DNA of 64,000 nucleotides. Source: Afifellaceae bacterium. GTDB lineage: Bacteria; Pseudomonadota; Alphaproteobacteria; Rhizobiales; Afifellaceae. The notes below the pieces were generated by a model. That model was not told the origin of the DNA. It saw only the letters and a list, made by a program, of their open reading frames with translations, and did no database searches. This document shows positions 53,965-64,000 of the stretch, one piece after another (the stretch's first letter is position 1; every line of letters starts with the position of its first letter). The DNA lies in the NCBI GenBank assembly GCA_028281235.1, contig JANQKG010000024.1, positions 64,569 through 128,568 of the forward strand, written 5' to 3'. The translations under genes were made by a program, and so were the position numbers.

Positions 53965-54652
53965 ATCGTTCGAGCATCGCTGCACCCAGGCAGAACCCGC
54001 GGACGGGCTTTGCCCGCTCCCCTTCTCGCTTGTCAAAGCGCGCATCGTTTCGATGCGCAAACGTTCCCCCGTGTTGTCGTGCCCGACGGAACCGACAGAA
54101 CGCCGCGAGCGAAGGGAGCGGGTTTCTGTCGATCGTGCAGTCGCGCGCTCGACCCCCTACGCCCTGGCGCAGGATGCGAGACTCGTCAGAGCCGCAGACA
54201 AGCCCGAGCCGCGGCGCGCTCTCCCTCCACAGGCGTTAGCCTGGGAGAGACGCCGCAAGCGACGCCCGACTATGAAAACACCAGCCTTGTTCAAGATGGT
54301 TGTTTTCAAGGAGGGAGAGCGTAGGGGGTCGAGCGCAGCGAAGACAACACGGGGGAACCATTTGTCGCGTGTTCACAGTGCATTGGCACTCACGCGACAA
54401 CGCTCTGCCCGGTCACTTCTAGAACTGACCGGGCAACCAGCCCCCTAGCCTTACCACGGCTTGGGCGGCTGAAGCTGAGCCCCTAGCATTTGCTAGAGGA
54501 ACCGAAGCGCCGCTGGGCTTGGAAAGACGGCGCCGAAACACCCGAAAAATGGCCGGCTTTGGCCGCCGAAACTTACACATTTTCTTACACACTCACAAAA
54601 CACGCTTCCATTTATTCTATTAATATCAGTTAGTTATAATATCGCACCACGC

Positions 54653-54698
54653 ACTGAAAATCCGCGTGTCGGTGGTTCGATTCCGCCCCTGGGCACCA
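54653..54698 (+). repeat. attR core (duplicated 3' tRNA-Phe fragment)
   Basis: 46/46 identity with 32595-32640. The preceding sequence does not complete a tRNA. Confidence 0.9.
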
Positions 54699-55061
54699 CA
54701 TTCCTTAAATCATTGTAATTCCTATACTTTCTGAAATAGGCATGCCCCACCACGCGTCGTTGGGACACAATACTGCCTAGGACGTCTCTGGCTATTGTGA
54801 AGAGTGGCACTTCGGTCCTGGAACCAGACCATGCTTTGAGGTCGTCGGACTTCCGGTGACGAGCCCGGCGGCGGCCGCTTCGGCGCCGCGCGGAGGCAGC
54901 GGTCACTGGGTAATGGCCGCTCTAACGACGTGACTTGTCGGTGTTGTCATCCTTCGGTGCTTCGACGGGCCGGGCCGTGATCCGCGAGCGGCATGTGGTG
55001 GTCGACCGGTGCGTGCCACACTATCTTCTAGGCCAATTGCGACCAGGCGGAGCGGGGACGC

Positions 55062-56558
55062 GTGCACACCATCACCTCCAGCGACAGGCTCTTTGCGTTC
55101 GACAACAGCTATGCCCGGCTTCCGGAGCGGCTGTTCGCCAGGGTCTCGCCCGCTCCCGCCCCGGCACCGCGGCTTCTCCAGCTCAACCGGCCGCTGGCGG
55201 AGGCGTTAGGGCTCGATCCCGACGGGCTCATGCGGCCGGAAGGTCTCGACATACTCTCGGGCAATTGCATTGCGTCGGGCTCGGACCCGATCGCCATGGC
55301 CTATGCCGGGCATCAGTTCGGCAACTGGGTGCCACAGCTCGGCGACGGCCGCGCAATCCTCATCGGTGAGGTGATCGACCGGGACGGATTCCGGCGCGAC
55401 ATCCAGCTCAAGGGCGCGGGACGCACACCCTTCTCGCGCATGGGGGACGGCAAGGCTCCGCTCGGACCCGTGTTGCGCGAGTTCATCGTCAGCGAGGCGA
55501 TGGCGTCGCTCGGTATCCCCACGACCCGTTCCCTTGCAGCGGTGGCAACAGGCGAGCAGGTGATCCGCGAAACAGTCCACTCAGGTGCCGTGCTCACGCG
55601 GGTCGCAGCGAGCCATGTGCGTATCGGGACCTTTCAGTTCTTCTACGCCCGCAAGGACGCGGAGGCCCTGCAGGCGCTGGCCGACCATGCCATCGCCCGC
55701 CACGACCCGGAGGCAGCGGCGAGCGACATTCCGGCGCTTGCGCTGCTTGAGCGGGTGATGGCGCGCCAGGCCGATCTCGTCGCGCGCTGGATGGGTGTCG
55801 GGTTCATCCACGGCGTGATGAACACCGACAACATGGCGATCTCGGGCGAGACCATCGACTACGGTCCCTGCGCATTCATGGATGCCTACCGCGAAGGGGA
55901 GGTGTTCAGTTCGATCGATGTCGGCGGGCGCTATGCCTACGGCAACCAGCCCCGGATCGCCCATTGGAACCTGGCACAGCTCGCGCAGGCACTGCTGCCG
56001 CTTCTGCCGGGCCCGGGCGAGGCGGCCGTGGAGGCGGCGCAGGCGGCCGTCGACCGCTTCTCTGATATGTTCCAGGAGGCTTGGCTTGGCGTGATGCGGC
56101 GCAAACTGGGGTTCTCTCGGCCGGACGAGGGCGATGCCGACCTCGCGGCGACCCTGCTGTCAATCATGGAGGCCGACGGGGCCGACTTCACCCTGACATT
56201 CCGCGGCCTCGCCGAATGCGCCGGAGCCGGACCCGGCATCACGTCGCAGGTCGGTGATCTTTTCAGCGAGCCCGGGTCCGTCGCGGCCTGGGCCGATCGC
56301 TGGGCGGCCCGCATCGCGGACGACCCGCTGTCGCCGGCCGAACGCCGGACCGCGATGCGCGCGGCGAACCCGCTCTTCATTCCGCGCAACCACCGCATCG
56401 AGGAAGCCCTTGTGGCGGCGGCGGAGGGCGATTTCGGCCCTTTCGAAAGGCTGCGCCGGGTGCTGGCGCGTCCCTTCGACGACCAGCCCGACGAGGCTCA
56501 ACTCGCCAGACCGCCGCGGGCGGGAGAGGTCGTCACGCGCACCTTTTGCGGTACATGA
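55062..56558 (+). CDS. selO: Protein adenylyltransferase (AMPylase) SelO/YdiU
   Basis: [67 protein letters not shown] start. Confidence 0.92.
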   Translation: MHTITSSDRLFAFDNSYARLPERLFARVSPAPAPAPRLLQLNRPLAEALGLDPDGLMRPEGLDILSGNCIASGSDPIAMAYAGHQFGNWVPQLGDGRAILIGEVIDRDGFRRDIQLKGAGRTPFSRMGDGKAPLGPVLREFIVSEAMASLGIPTTRSLAAVATGEQVIRETVHSGAVLTRVAASHVRIGTFQFFYARKDAEALQALADHAIARHDPEAAASDIPALALLERVMARQADLVARWMGVGFIHGVMNTDNMAISGETIDYGPCAFMDAYREGEVFSSIDVGGRYAYGNQPRIAHWNLAQLAQALLPLLPGPGEAAVEAAQAAVDRFSDMFQEAWLGVMRRKLGFSRPDEGDADLAATLLSIMEADGADFTLTFRGLAECAGAGPGITSQVGDLFSEPGSVAAWADRWAARIADDPLSPAERRTAMRAANPLFIPRNHRIEEALVAAAEGDFGPFERLRRVLARPFDDQPDEAQLARPPRAGEVVTRTFCGT

Positions 56559-56722
56559 GGGCGCCGCCACCCGCCGGCGCAATGACGTCTTCCGCTCTGC
56601 CCCGGAACCGGGCGCACTCAGAGCGCAGGTCGAAATATCGGCCCAATCGGCCAAGGTGTTCCCATCCATGCTGGTGACGGAAATCGCTTCCAAGATCACA
56701 GCGGTCGTCTGATACACGCTCA

Positions 56723-58318
56723 ATGGCCGCAGAATTCGACTACGTCATCGTCGGTGCGGGATCGGCCGGCTGCGTGCTGGCGAACCGGCTTTCCCAAGAC
56801 CGGACGACCGAGGTTTGCCTGATCGAGGCGGGCCCCAGGGCCAATTCGATGTTCATTCGAATGCCCGCCGCGCTCACCATTCCGATCGAAAGCGGGACCT
56901 ACAATTGGAAGTATGCCAGTGGCCCGGAGCCGAACCTTGACGGTCGGCGGGTCGGTCAGGCCCGCGGGCGTGGCCTCGGTGGAAGTTCGGCAATAAACGG
57001 CATGGTCTTCGTTCGCGGACACCCGAAGGATTATGACGGCTGGGCGGAATTCGGGATCGAAGGCTGGTCCTTTGCCGATTGCCTGCCCTACTTCAAGCAA
57101 CTGGAGACTTATCACGGGCGCGGTCATCCGTTGCGGGGCACCGACGGCCCCGTGAGTGTCACGGAAAGCGGCGGCGATCATGTGTTCTACCAACGCTTCC
57201 TTGAAGCAGGCGCAGCCTGGGGTCTGTCGCAGGCGGCCGACTACAACGCCGACGAACAGGCTGGAACGCATCTTACGCAAGCGACCATCCGCGACGGTAT
57301 CCGCTGCAGCGCTGCAGAGGCCTACCTCAAGCCCATTCGGGATCGGAAGAACCTCACGATCCGAACCGGCGTTTTCGTCGAGCGGGTGATGTTTCAGCGG
57401 AACCGGGCGATCGGCGTCGCCTGTTCATCCGCGTCCGGGAATGAAACCGTCCGGGCTTCGAAAGAGGTCGTGCTTTCGACGGGGACGATCGCATCACCGC
57501 AATTGCTGATGGTCTCCGGTGTCGGTCCGCGGGCTCACCTACGCGAACACGGCATCGATCCGGTCGTCCATTTGCCTGGGGTTGGCGAAAACCTGCAGGA
57601 CCACGTCGTGGCGCCGCTTCGCTACCGGTGCGACAAACCGGTGTCCGTCAAAGCCGAACTCGGGCCACTCGGGCGGGCGTGGCTCGGCGTCGAATGGCTG
57701 CTTTTCAAGAAGGGACTTGGCGCCTCCAACTTTTTCGAGGTCGGCGCGTTCTTCGACAGTGGGACCGGAGCGGATTACGTCAATCTCCAGCACGAATTTC
57801 TCCCCTTCCTCGCCGATTTCCAGGACGGCCAAGTCGTGCTTGGTGACGGGTTCCAGTATTTCGTCAGCCAGATGCGGCCGTTTAGCCGCGGTACAATCCG
57901 CCTTGTTTCTGCAGATCCGCGAGTTCATCCGAGCATAATTTTCAACTACCTCGCTGATCCGCGTGACATCAGGGAGATGATTGCGGGCATCAAGTTGACA
58001 CGCGAGATGGCGCTGCAGCGTCCCTGGGATGAACTCCGTGACGGAACATTGGACACGGCGCTTGACGGTGCGAGCGACAGCGACATCGCGTTATGGCTTC
58101 GCGCCAACGCAAACACCGAGCATCATCCGGTCGGCACCTGTCGGATGGGCTCCGACCCATTCGCGGTGACCGATGCCGCAGGCCTGGTTCACGAGACGGA
58201 GGGGCTGCGCGTCGTAGACGGTTCGATCCTGCCGAATATCCCGACCGCCAACGTCCAGGCACCTATCATGATGGTCGCTGAACGGATCGCGAATCTGATG
58301 ATCGGGAAGCAAATCTGA
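56723..58318 (+). CDS. GMC-family oxidoreductase (choline-dehydrogenase-like)
   Basis: FDYVIVGAGSAGCVLANRLS, GGSSAINGMVFVRG, C-terminal HPVGTCRMG...VVDGSILP. 531 aa. Confidence 0.88.
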   Translation: MAAEFDYVIVGAGSAGCVLANRLSQDRTTEVCLIEAGPRANSMFIRMPAALTIPIESGTYNWKYASGPEPNLDGRRVGQARGRGLGGSSAINGMVFVRGHPKDYDGWAEFGIEGWSFADCLPYFKQLETYHGRGHPLRGTDGPVSVTESGGDHVFYQRFLEAGAAWGLSQAADYNADEQAGTHLTQATIRDGIRCSAAEAYLKPIRDRKNLTIRTGVFVERVMFQRNRAIGVACSSASGNETVRASKEVVLSTGTIASPQLLMVSGVGPRAHLREHGIDPVVHLPGVGENLQDHVVAPLRYRCDKPVSVKAELGPLGRAWLGVEWLLFKKGLGASNFFEVGAFFDSGTGADYVNLQHEFLPFLADFQDGQVVLGDGFQYFVSQMRPFSRGTIRLVSADPRVHPSIIFNYLADPRDIREMIAGIKLTREMALQRPWDELRDGTLDTALDGASDSDIALWLRANANTEHHPVGTCRMGSDPFAVTDAAGLVHETEGLRVVDGSILPNIPTANVQAPIMMVAERIANLMIGKQI

Positions 58319-58351
58319 CCGAGGAGCTTTGGGCCACTCGTCGCGTGTCGA

Positions 58352-58714
58352 TTAGAACTCGTGCTCGCGGACGATGAAGGCTGATGACTTTGCGTGGTCG
58401 ATGAAATTGGCCTCGTCTTCCAAGAGCGCGGCACCCAGTTCCTGCATCTCCGGCGTCGACATGGCTTCCATCAGATCCTGCTCGGACTCGAACCAAACTT
58501 CCGCCACGCCATCAAACTCGGCCTGCATCTGCCTGGACGCCCTCATCGCATCGTTCAATGGACTATCGATCGTATGGCATTGCACGTATCGTCTGGCGCG
58601 CATAATGGCCGCGTTGTCTTGAAAAAATGGACCGTGTTTGTTCAACCAATAATCCTTGAACTGTTCACGCGAGATGTCGGCCCGTCGATGCAGGCACATG
58701 ACCAGCTTTATCAT
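58352..58714 (-). CDS. EthD-domain protein
   Basis: MIKLVMCLHRRADISREQFKDYWLNKHGPF... ATG 58714 lies within ORF 58352..58801. Confidence 0.7.
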   Translation of the reverse strand: MIKLVMCLHRRADISREQFKDYWLNKHGPFFQDNAAIMRARRYVQCHTIDSPLNDAMRASRQMQAEFDGVAEVWFESEQDLMEAMSTPEMQELGAALLEDEANFIDHAKSSAFIVREHEF

Positions 58715-58828
58715 TGGCAACTCTCCGGGGTTGATGCGAGGGTTCCCGCCATTAGCAGAACCGGCGTGTCGGTCGAATGGCATTTTCGCCGGGACTGTCA
58801 CGGCATGGTCCTTTTGCGTGAATAACGC

Positions 58829-59845
58829 ATGTTAAGACTGATGTTCGGGACGATTGAGCAGGAGACCCGCCTGTTGCCGCTGCGCTTGCTTCTTTTGACC
58901 CTTTTCATTGTGGCTTTGTCGGCTTCGCCCCCATCTGTGGCGGCGGAGCAAACGCCGGACGTTCCGGCTTGGCTCCAGGCGCATGTGGGCACCGGCGAGG
59001 GCCAGATCGCATCTGTGGTGCTGAACAGGGCGCGCGCGCTCCACCAACGAAAAGTGCGCGAAGGCGCAGTCAACAATCTCTGCTACTTCGCCATGGATGC
59101 GACGCGCCCCAGCACGTCGCCCGGGGGCGAACCGGGTCGCCGGTTCTACATCATCTGCGAAGCCGACCGGTCGTTCCGGGCAATATCGTCCGGCTATGGT
59201 AATGGGCGGAAATTGCGACGCGCGAATTTCTCAAACGGTCGGGAATGCGCCAAGAACTTCAGCAACGCGGAGGGATCCAAGCTGACCACGGGCGGAGCCT
59301 ATGTGACGGCCGAAACAAGGACGTCATTCAAAGGGTATCACCGCCTGTCGGGCAAGAAGACGCCGTTCCTTCGCACCTTCCTGCTGTTCGATGGGGAGGG
59401 CGACACGGCCAACGCCAGGGAGCGGGACATTGGCGGCCATCAGGCCGTATTTTTGAAGTGGCAATGTCGCTACAAGAATCCGGAAAGCCGCTATGCGGAC
59501 AGCGAGGGATACGTTCCTTATGGAGAACTTGTGAACTACACCGGCGGCCGAAGCAACGGCTGCACAACTTGGTCGCCGTCCGATTCCGAAGAAATCCTCG
59601 CTATGGTGCAGGACAACCCGACCACGCTCTACATCTATCCTGAGTCCGGTGATATCGATGCCGTCGCCAATGCGGTAAAGGCGCGAAGGTCTCTGTCGGG
59701 CGCAGGACTCTATTGGAATGCGACCTGCTTGCGAGCAATCGGCGCTCCCAGGTTTTGGCCTAAAGAAGTCCTCCAGCCAATCATCGATGAATGGAGGGAC
59801 TCCCTCCCACAAACGCCGTTTCAGCCCTTGCCGATTTGCAACTGA
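58829..59845 (+). CDS. Secreted protein, possibly with an L,D-transpeptidase-like (YkuD_2) catalytic domain
   Basis: Signal peptide LLPLRLLLLTLFIVALSASPPSVAA. FYIICEADRSFRAISSGYGNG...GGRSNGCTTW resembles the YkuD Ser-x-Gly-Cys region. Confidence 0.5.
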   Translation: MLRLMFGTIEQETRLLPLRLLLLTLFIVALSASPPSVAAEQTPDVPAWLQAHVGTGEGQIASVVLNRARALHQRKVREGAVNNLCYFAMDATRPSTSPGGEPGRRFYIICEADRSFRAISSGYGNGRKLRRANFSNGRECAKNFSNAEGSKLTTGGAYVTAETRTSFKGYHRLSGKKTPFLRTFLLFDGEGDTANARERDIGGHQAVFLKWQCRYKNPESRYADSEGYVPYGELVNYTGGRSNGCTTWSPSDSEEILAMVQDNPTTLYIYPESGDIDAVANAVKARRSLSGAGLYWNATCLRAIGAPRFWPKEVLQPIIDEWRDSLPQTPFQPLPICN

Positions 59846-60319
59846 AGGGACGCGTCGTTCGTGGCGCCTAATGGGACACGCAAAAAGAAAACATGGGAAA
59901 GCTATGGGACGAGTTCTTTGTCCCGCTTTCGGCTAAATCATTGAATTCACTTAGTTGAAGCAGGCCGCCCCTGGCACCAGCCCCTGATCGTTTCAGAGCT
60001 GTAGGCCCCCTGAGCCGCAGGCGCGATCCCTTCCAGGCTTTGCGGCAGAGGGATGCCGCGAGCGGATACCGGCGGTATCAAGCCACTGACCCTTGCCTTT
60101 GTAGGCCAAGCATACCCAACCAAAGATGCCGCTCCAATTCAGGTGATCTGAAATGGATGCCGGGCCGTATAGGCGGACGAGGCCTGCAGAAACGCATCTG
60201 CCGAGGGAGGGGTTGGACGCAATGAATGCCTCGACATATGGCGAACCGGCACGAATCCAAGGGCCCGCCCCACTAACTCATCACAGGGCACGAAAGTTGC
60301 CGGGCGCTGAAGCAGCCCA

Positions 60320-62041
60320 ATGACGGGGACCTCCCGGCGCCTGATTGGCGACGCGTTGCAGTCCTGCCGTTCGGCGCTGGTGAGCGTCGGGGTCGTCAGC
60401 CTGGTCATCAACATTTTGATGCTGACCGGGCCCATGTTCATGCTTCAGGTCTACGATCGCGTCCTGACCAGCCGGTCGGTGCCGACGCTGGTGTCGCTCG
60501 CCGCGATCGTTCTTGGCCTCTACGCCTTCTTCGGGATTCTGGACGGCCTTAGATCGCGAATCCTGAGCCGCGTCGGCGAGCGGCTTGATCGGCGCCTCAC
60601 CGGCGCATCGTTCGAGCGCGGTGTTCTCCTGGCACGCATGAGCGGGCGGAAATCTCCGCCGCTCGATCCTGTGCGGGACCTCGACCAAGTGCGTCAGTTC
60701 CTTTGCAGCCCGGGACCATCGGCACTGTTCGACATGCCGTGGCTGCCGATCTATCTGGGCGTCGTCTTTCTCTTTCATCCGGCGCTCGGCCTGCTCGCCA
60801 CAATCGGCGCGCTGATCATGTGCGTCCTGATCGGGCTGAACGAGGTCATGTCGCGGAAGCCGATCGCCGCGGCCACGGCGCATGCGCTGAAGCGGCAATC
60901 GCTGGCGGAAGGCGCGCGTGCCAATGCCGACGCGATCCAGGCTATGGGGATGGCGGCCGGCCTGCGCCGTCAGTGGACGAACCTCAACGAGCAGAACCTC
61001 GCGCTGCAGGGCTCGGTGGCGGATGACAGCGCGGTTTTCGCCGCCTTGATCAAGACGTCCCGCTTCGTGCTGCAATCGGCGATCCTGGGCGTCGGCGCCT
61101 ATCTGGCGATCGCCGGATCGATCACGCCGGGAATCCTGATCGCGGCGGCGATCATCACGGCGCGCGCCGTTGCGCCGATCGAAATGGCGGTCTCGCAATG
61201 GCGCAGCTTCGTCGCCGCGCGACAGGGGTTGCAGCGTCTGCGGCGAGTCTTCGACCTTCCCGAAGTGACGCGGGAAACCGCCCTGCCGCTGCCCTCCAAG
61301 CTCCTCCAGGTGGAAGGCGTTTCGGTGACGGCGCCCGGCAGCAAGGCGCCCCTGGTCGAGGCCGTCGGCTTTGCATTGAAATCCGGCGATGGGCTCGGAA
61401 TCATCGGACCGTCGGGTTCGGGCAAGTCGACGCTCGGCCGGGCGCTGGTTGGCACTTGGCCGGCGCTGCGCGGCTCGGTGCGGCTCGACGGTGCCGATCT
61501 CGTCCAGTGGGACCCGGAGCGGCTGGGCCAAGCCATCGGCTACCTGCCGCAGGACGTGCAGCTTTTTCCCGGAACCGTGGCGCACAACATTGCGCGCCTC
61601 AACCCGGATGCCCCCTCTGAGGCGATTATCGAAGCCGCTGAGCGCGCCGGCGCGCATCAGATGATTGCGCAGCTTCCCAACGGATACGACACGGAGATCG
61701 GCGAAGGGGGCCGGGCGCTGTCCGGTGGGCAGCGGCAGCGCATTGCGCTCGCCCGTGCGCTCTACGGCGATCCCTTCCTTATCGTTCTCGACGAACCCAA
61801 CTCCGACCTCGACGCTGAGGGCGAGGCCGCGCTCACCCAGGCGCTGCAGGCGATGCGCGATCGCGGCAGCATCGTCATTGTGATCGCGCACCGGCCGAGC
61901 GCCATTCAGGTCGTCGACAGCCTGCTCTTACTGAAGGACGGCAGGATGCGCGCATACGGCCCGCGCGACGAAGTGTTGCGAAAACTCATGTCGGTTCCGG
62001 CTCGCGGCGGCGCCGGCCTGAAAATCGTAGCGGAGGCTTAA
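60320..62041 (+). CDS. Type I secretion system permease/ATPase (PrtD/HasD-type ABC)
   Basis: INILMLTGPMFMLQVYDRVL; Walker A GPSGSGKST; signature LSGGQRQRIALARAL; Walker B LIVLDEPNS. Confidence 0.92.
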   Translation: MTGTSRRLIGDALQSCRSALVSVGVVSLVINILMLTGPMFMLQVYDRVLTSRSVPTLVSLAAIVLGLYAFFGILDGLRSRILSRVGERLDRRLTGASFERGVLLARMSGRKSPPLDPVRDLDQVRQFLCSPGPSALFDMPWLPIYLGVVFLFHPALGLLATIGALIMCVLIGLNEVMSRKPIAAATAHALKRQSLAEGARANADAIQAMGMAAGLRRQWTNLNEQNLALQGSVADDSAVFAALIKTSRFVLQSAILGVGAYLAIAGSITPGILIAAAIITARAVAPIEMAVSQWRSFVAARQGLQRLRRVFDLPEVTRETALPLPSKLLQVEGVSVTAPGSKAPLVEAVGFALKSGDGLGIIGPSGSGKSTLGRALVGTWPALRGSVRLDGADLVQWDPERLGQAIGYLPQDVQLFPGTVAHNIARLNPDAPSEAIIEAAERAGAHQMIAQLPNGYDTEIGEGGRALSGGQRQRIALARALYGDPFLIVLDEPNSDLDAEGEAALTQALQAMRDRGSIVIVIAHRPSAIQVVDSLLLLKDGRMRAYGPRDEVLRKLMSVPARGGAGLKIVAEA

Positions 62042-62044
62042 GCG

Positions 62045-63358
62045 ATGGAACCGGCCCCGGAAAATGCCGATCAGGAGCGCAGCCTCCATCAGCATATCGT
62101 GATTGCCTTTTCGGTCATTGCGCTGCTCGTCATCGGGCTGGGCGCCGCCTCGCTTTTGTTCAAGGTCAACGGCGCGGTCATCGCGCCGGGACGCGTCGTG
62201 GTGGAATCCAACGTCAAGCGCGTACAGCACGCAGAAGGCGGGATCGTGCAGGAGATTCATGTCCGCGACGGCCAGATCGTGGAGGCAGGCGACAAGCTGC
62301 TCCGTATCGACGGCACGCTGGTCGCCGCCAACCATGCGGTCATCCTTCAACGCCTGTTGGAGCTCAACGCCCAGGAAGCCCGTTTGAAGGCGGAGCGCGA
62401 CGCGCAACCCGACCTGATCGTGTCGGCCGAGCTTAGCGCCATGCTGGAGCACCCTGAATCGGCTGCCATTCTGGAAGGGCAGCGCGCGTTGATGGCGGCA
62501 CGCCTTCAGGCCCGCGACGGCCGTAAGGCACAGCTTGAGGAACAGATCGCGCAGTTCGAGGAACAGGCAAGAGCACGCGGCGCGCAACGCGACGCCAAGG
62601 CGGAGGAGATCGCGCTCATCGCCGACGAGCTCGCCGACCTGTCCGACCTTCTCGATAAAGGCTTGGTCGAGCGCTCGCGGGTGACGGCGCTGATGCGCGA
62701 CAAGGCGGCGCTCGATGGCGGATATGGCGGCTTCGTCGCAGAGATTGCCGGTATCGGCCAGGCGATCGCCGAACGGCGCATCCAAATCCTGCAGGTCGAC
62801 GAAGACATGCGCGCCGAGGTCGTCGCCGAGCTGCAGGCCGTGCGTGCGGAGATCGCCGAACTGACCGAGCAGCGTGTGGCGGTGGAGGAGCGTCTCGGCC
62901 GCGTAGAGATCCGTGCGCCGCGCTCCGGCACCGTGCATCAGCTGGCGGTCCATACGGTGGGCGGGGTCATTGCGGCCGGCGAGGATTTGATGGTGATCGT
63001 GCCGAAAGCCGACCTGCTTGTGGTTGAGGCACAAGTCGCGCCGACCGACATCGACCAGCTGGTACTGGCACAGGAGGCCGTGGTGCGGCTTTCAGGCTTC
63101 GACCAGCGCCGAACGCCGGAATTGAAGGCCGAAATCCTCACCGTCTCTCCGGATCTGGTTGAGGACCAGCAAAGCGGGCTCTCCTATTACCAGGTCCGCC
63201 TGGCCATTCCGGAAGCGGAGATCGCCCGCCTTGACGGCAGGGAACTCATTCCCGGCATGCCAGTTGAGGCGTTCGTCCAGACCGGCGAACGCACGATCAT
63301 GTCCTACCTGGTCAAACCGGTCACGGACCACATCGCTTACGCTTTCCGAGAGGGTTGA
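62045..63358 (+). CDS. HlyD-family type I secretion periplasmic adaptor
   Basis: 437 aa. N-terminal TM, long coiled coil, C-terminal GMPVEAFVQTGERTIMSYLVKPVTD. Starts 3 nt after the ABC gene. Confidence 0.9.
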   Translation: MEPAPENADQERSLHQHIVIAFSVIALLVIGLGAASLLFKVNGAVIAPGRVVVESNVKRVQHAEGGIVQEIHVRDGQIVEAGDKLLRIDGTLVAANHAVILQRLLELNAQEARLKAERDAQPDLIVSAELSAMLEHPESAAILEGQRALMAARLQARDGRKAQLEEQIAQFEEQARARGAQRDAKAEEIALIADELADLSDLLDKGLVERSRVTALMRDKAALDGGYGGFVAEIAGIGQAIAERRIQILQVDEDMRAEVVAELQAVRAEIAELTEQRVAVEERLGRVEIRAPRSGTVHQLAVHTVGGVIAAGEDLMVIVPKADLLVVEAQVAPTDIDQLVLAQEAVVRLSGFDQRRTPELKAEILTVSPDLVEDQQSGLSYYQVRLAIPEAEIARLDGRELIPGMPVEAFVQTGERTIMSYLVKPVTDHIAYAFREG

Positions 63359-63514
63359 CGGCGATGCCGTCTGTCCTGGCCTTCGGGCCCCAAACGATCA
63401 GCGCGCCGCCTCACGCATCTGTGACCCCGACGGCGACGCATAACGGGTGTCGCGCCTGATCCAGGTCGGCCATCTGCCCGTAACTCCTTCAACAAAACCG
63501 GTGGGAGTGTTTTC

Positions 63515-64000
63515 ATGGCTACTATTCTGGACATCGCGAGTGGCAATTCCGACTTCAACATTCTTGCGACCGCACTCGGTCTCTTCCCGGACCTCGTCGA
63601 TGCAGCGGGCGATCCATCCGCGTCGCTGACAGTGTTCGCTCCCACCGACCAGGCTTTCTTGAACCTGGCGAATGCGGTCGACCCGAGCGTGGGCACCGAC
63701 GAGACCAAGGCCGTGGAGACTTTGGCGTCCGTTTCCGCGCTTCTATCCCCGGCCGACGACCCGACGGCGTTTCTGAAGTCGGTCCTCACTTATCACCTCG
63801 TCGGCGAGCCGCTTACTGCCGATCAGGTCGGAGACGCCTCAAGCATCGCCACGCTTTCAGGTGAGACCATTCGACCCGATGGATTGTCCTTGCGCGACAA
63901 GGACAACGACTTTGCCAATCCAAACGTGACCAATCCGGCAGGGTCGGAGAATGGCATCGTTGCCGACAACGGAATTGTGCACGCGGTCGACAACGTGCTC
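63515..64000 (+). CDS. Fasciclin (FAS1)-domain protein, 3' end beyond the window; candidate T1SS substrate
   Basis: My translation from ATG 63515: MATILDIASGNSDFNILATALGLFPDLVDAAGDPSASLTVFAPTDQAFLNL...VLTYHLVGEPL...GIVHAVDNVL. FAS1 H1/H2-like motifs; no signal peptide; open to the window end. Confidence 0.7.
   Translation, partial: MATILDIASGNSDFNILATALGLFPDLVDAAGDPSASLTVFAPTDQAFLNLANAVDPSVGTDETKAVETLASVSALLSPADDPTAFLKSVLTYHLVGEPLTADQVGDASSIATLSGETIRPDGLSLRDKDNDFANPNVTNPAGSENGIVADNGIVHAVDNVL

Noticed and set aside
54634-54906. 90-aa minus-strand ORF
   Set aside because: It overlaps the attR tRNA fragment (…GGIEPPTRGFSV… is translated tRNA sequence). It is spurious.
60281-63034. Large minus-strand ORFs 60281..61891 (536 aa) and 61928..63034 (368 aa)
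   Set aside because: They are antisense to the T1SS ABC and HlyD genes, which carry full Walker/signature motifs. They are Arg/Asp/His-rich shadow frames.

Overview
High-GC alphaproteobacterial chromosome; a Hyphomicrobiales/Rhizobiales-like origin is inferred from gene order only. Positions 1-32.5 kb and 54.7-64 kb hold conserved housekeeping genes. These include hemC-hemD-Mic60-like-hemY, tsaD, gpsA, acs, trxC, htpX, an rsmB-like gene, purH, murA, hisD, maf, yacG, an RND/MMPL transporter, selO, a GMC oxidoreductase, and a type I secretion ABC/HlyD pair followed by a fasciclin-domain protein. Between them lies a ~22.1 kb integrative element inserted in tRNA-Phe. It is bounded by a perfect 46-bp direct repeat (32595-32640 and 54653-54698) and has a tyrosine integrase just inside attL. 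The element carries a mobilisation/replication backbone: a replication-relaxation protein, two TraD/FtsK-like P-loop ATPases, a CHC2-Toprim primase, and wHTH/HTH/XRE regulators. Its cargo is visibly AT-richer than the backbone. The strongest candidate for an undescribed system is a tightly linked two-gene operon at 35477-38379. It pairs a ~600-aa SAMHD1/dGTPase-type HD phosphohydrolase with a short, divergent adenylosuccinate-synthetase (PurA/PurZ-family) protein, next to a ParE/antitoxin pair. I propose it as a nucleotide-pool-targeting module, possibly anti-phage. Other cargo worth testing: a 1263-aa orphan protein with no P-loop (48011-51802), a unit of a 31-aa TM peptide, an RHH protein and an HNH-domain protein (52481-53964), and iteron-like 19-bp repeats inside a coding region (34681-35095). 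No rRNA, CRISPR array or transposase was seen. Many listed ORFs are high-GC shadow ORFs and were rejected.
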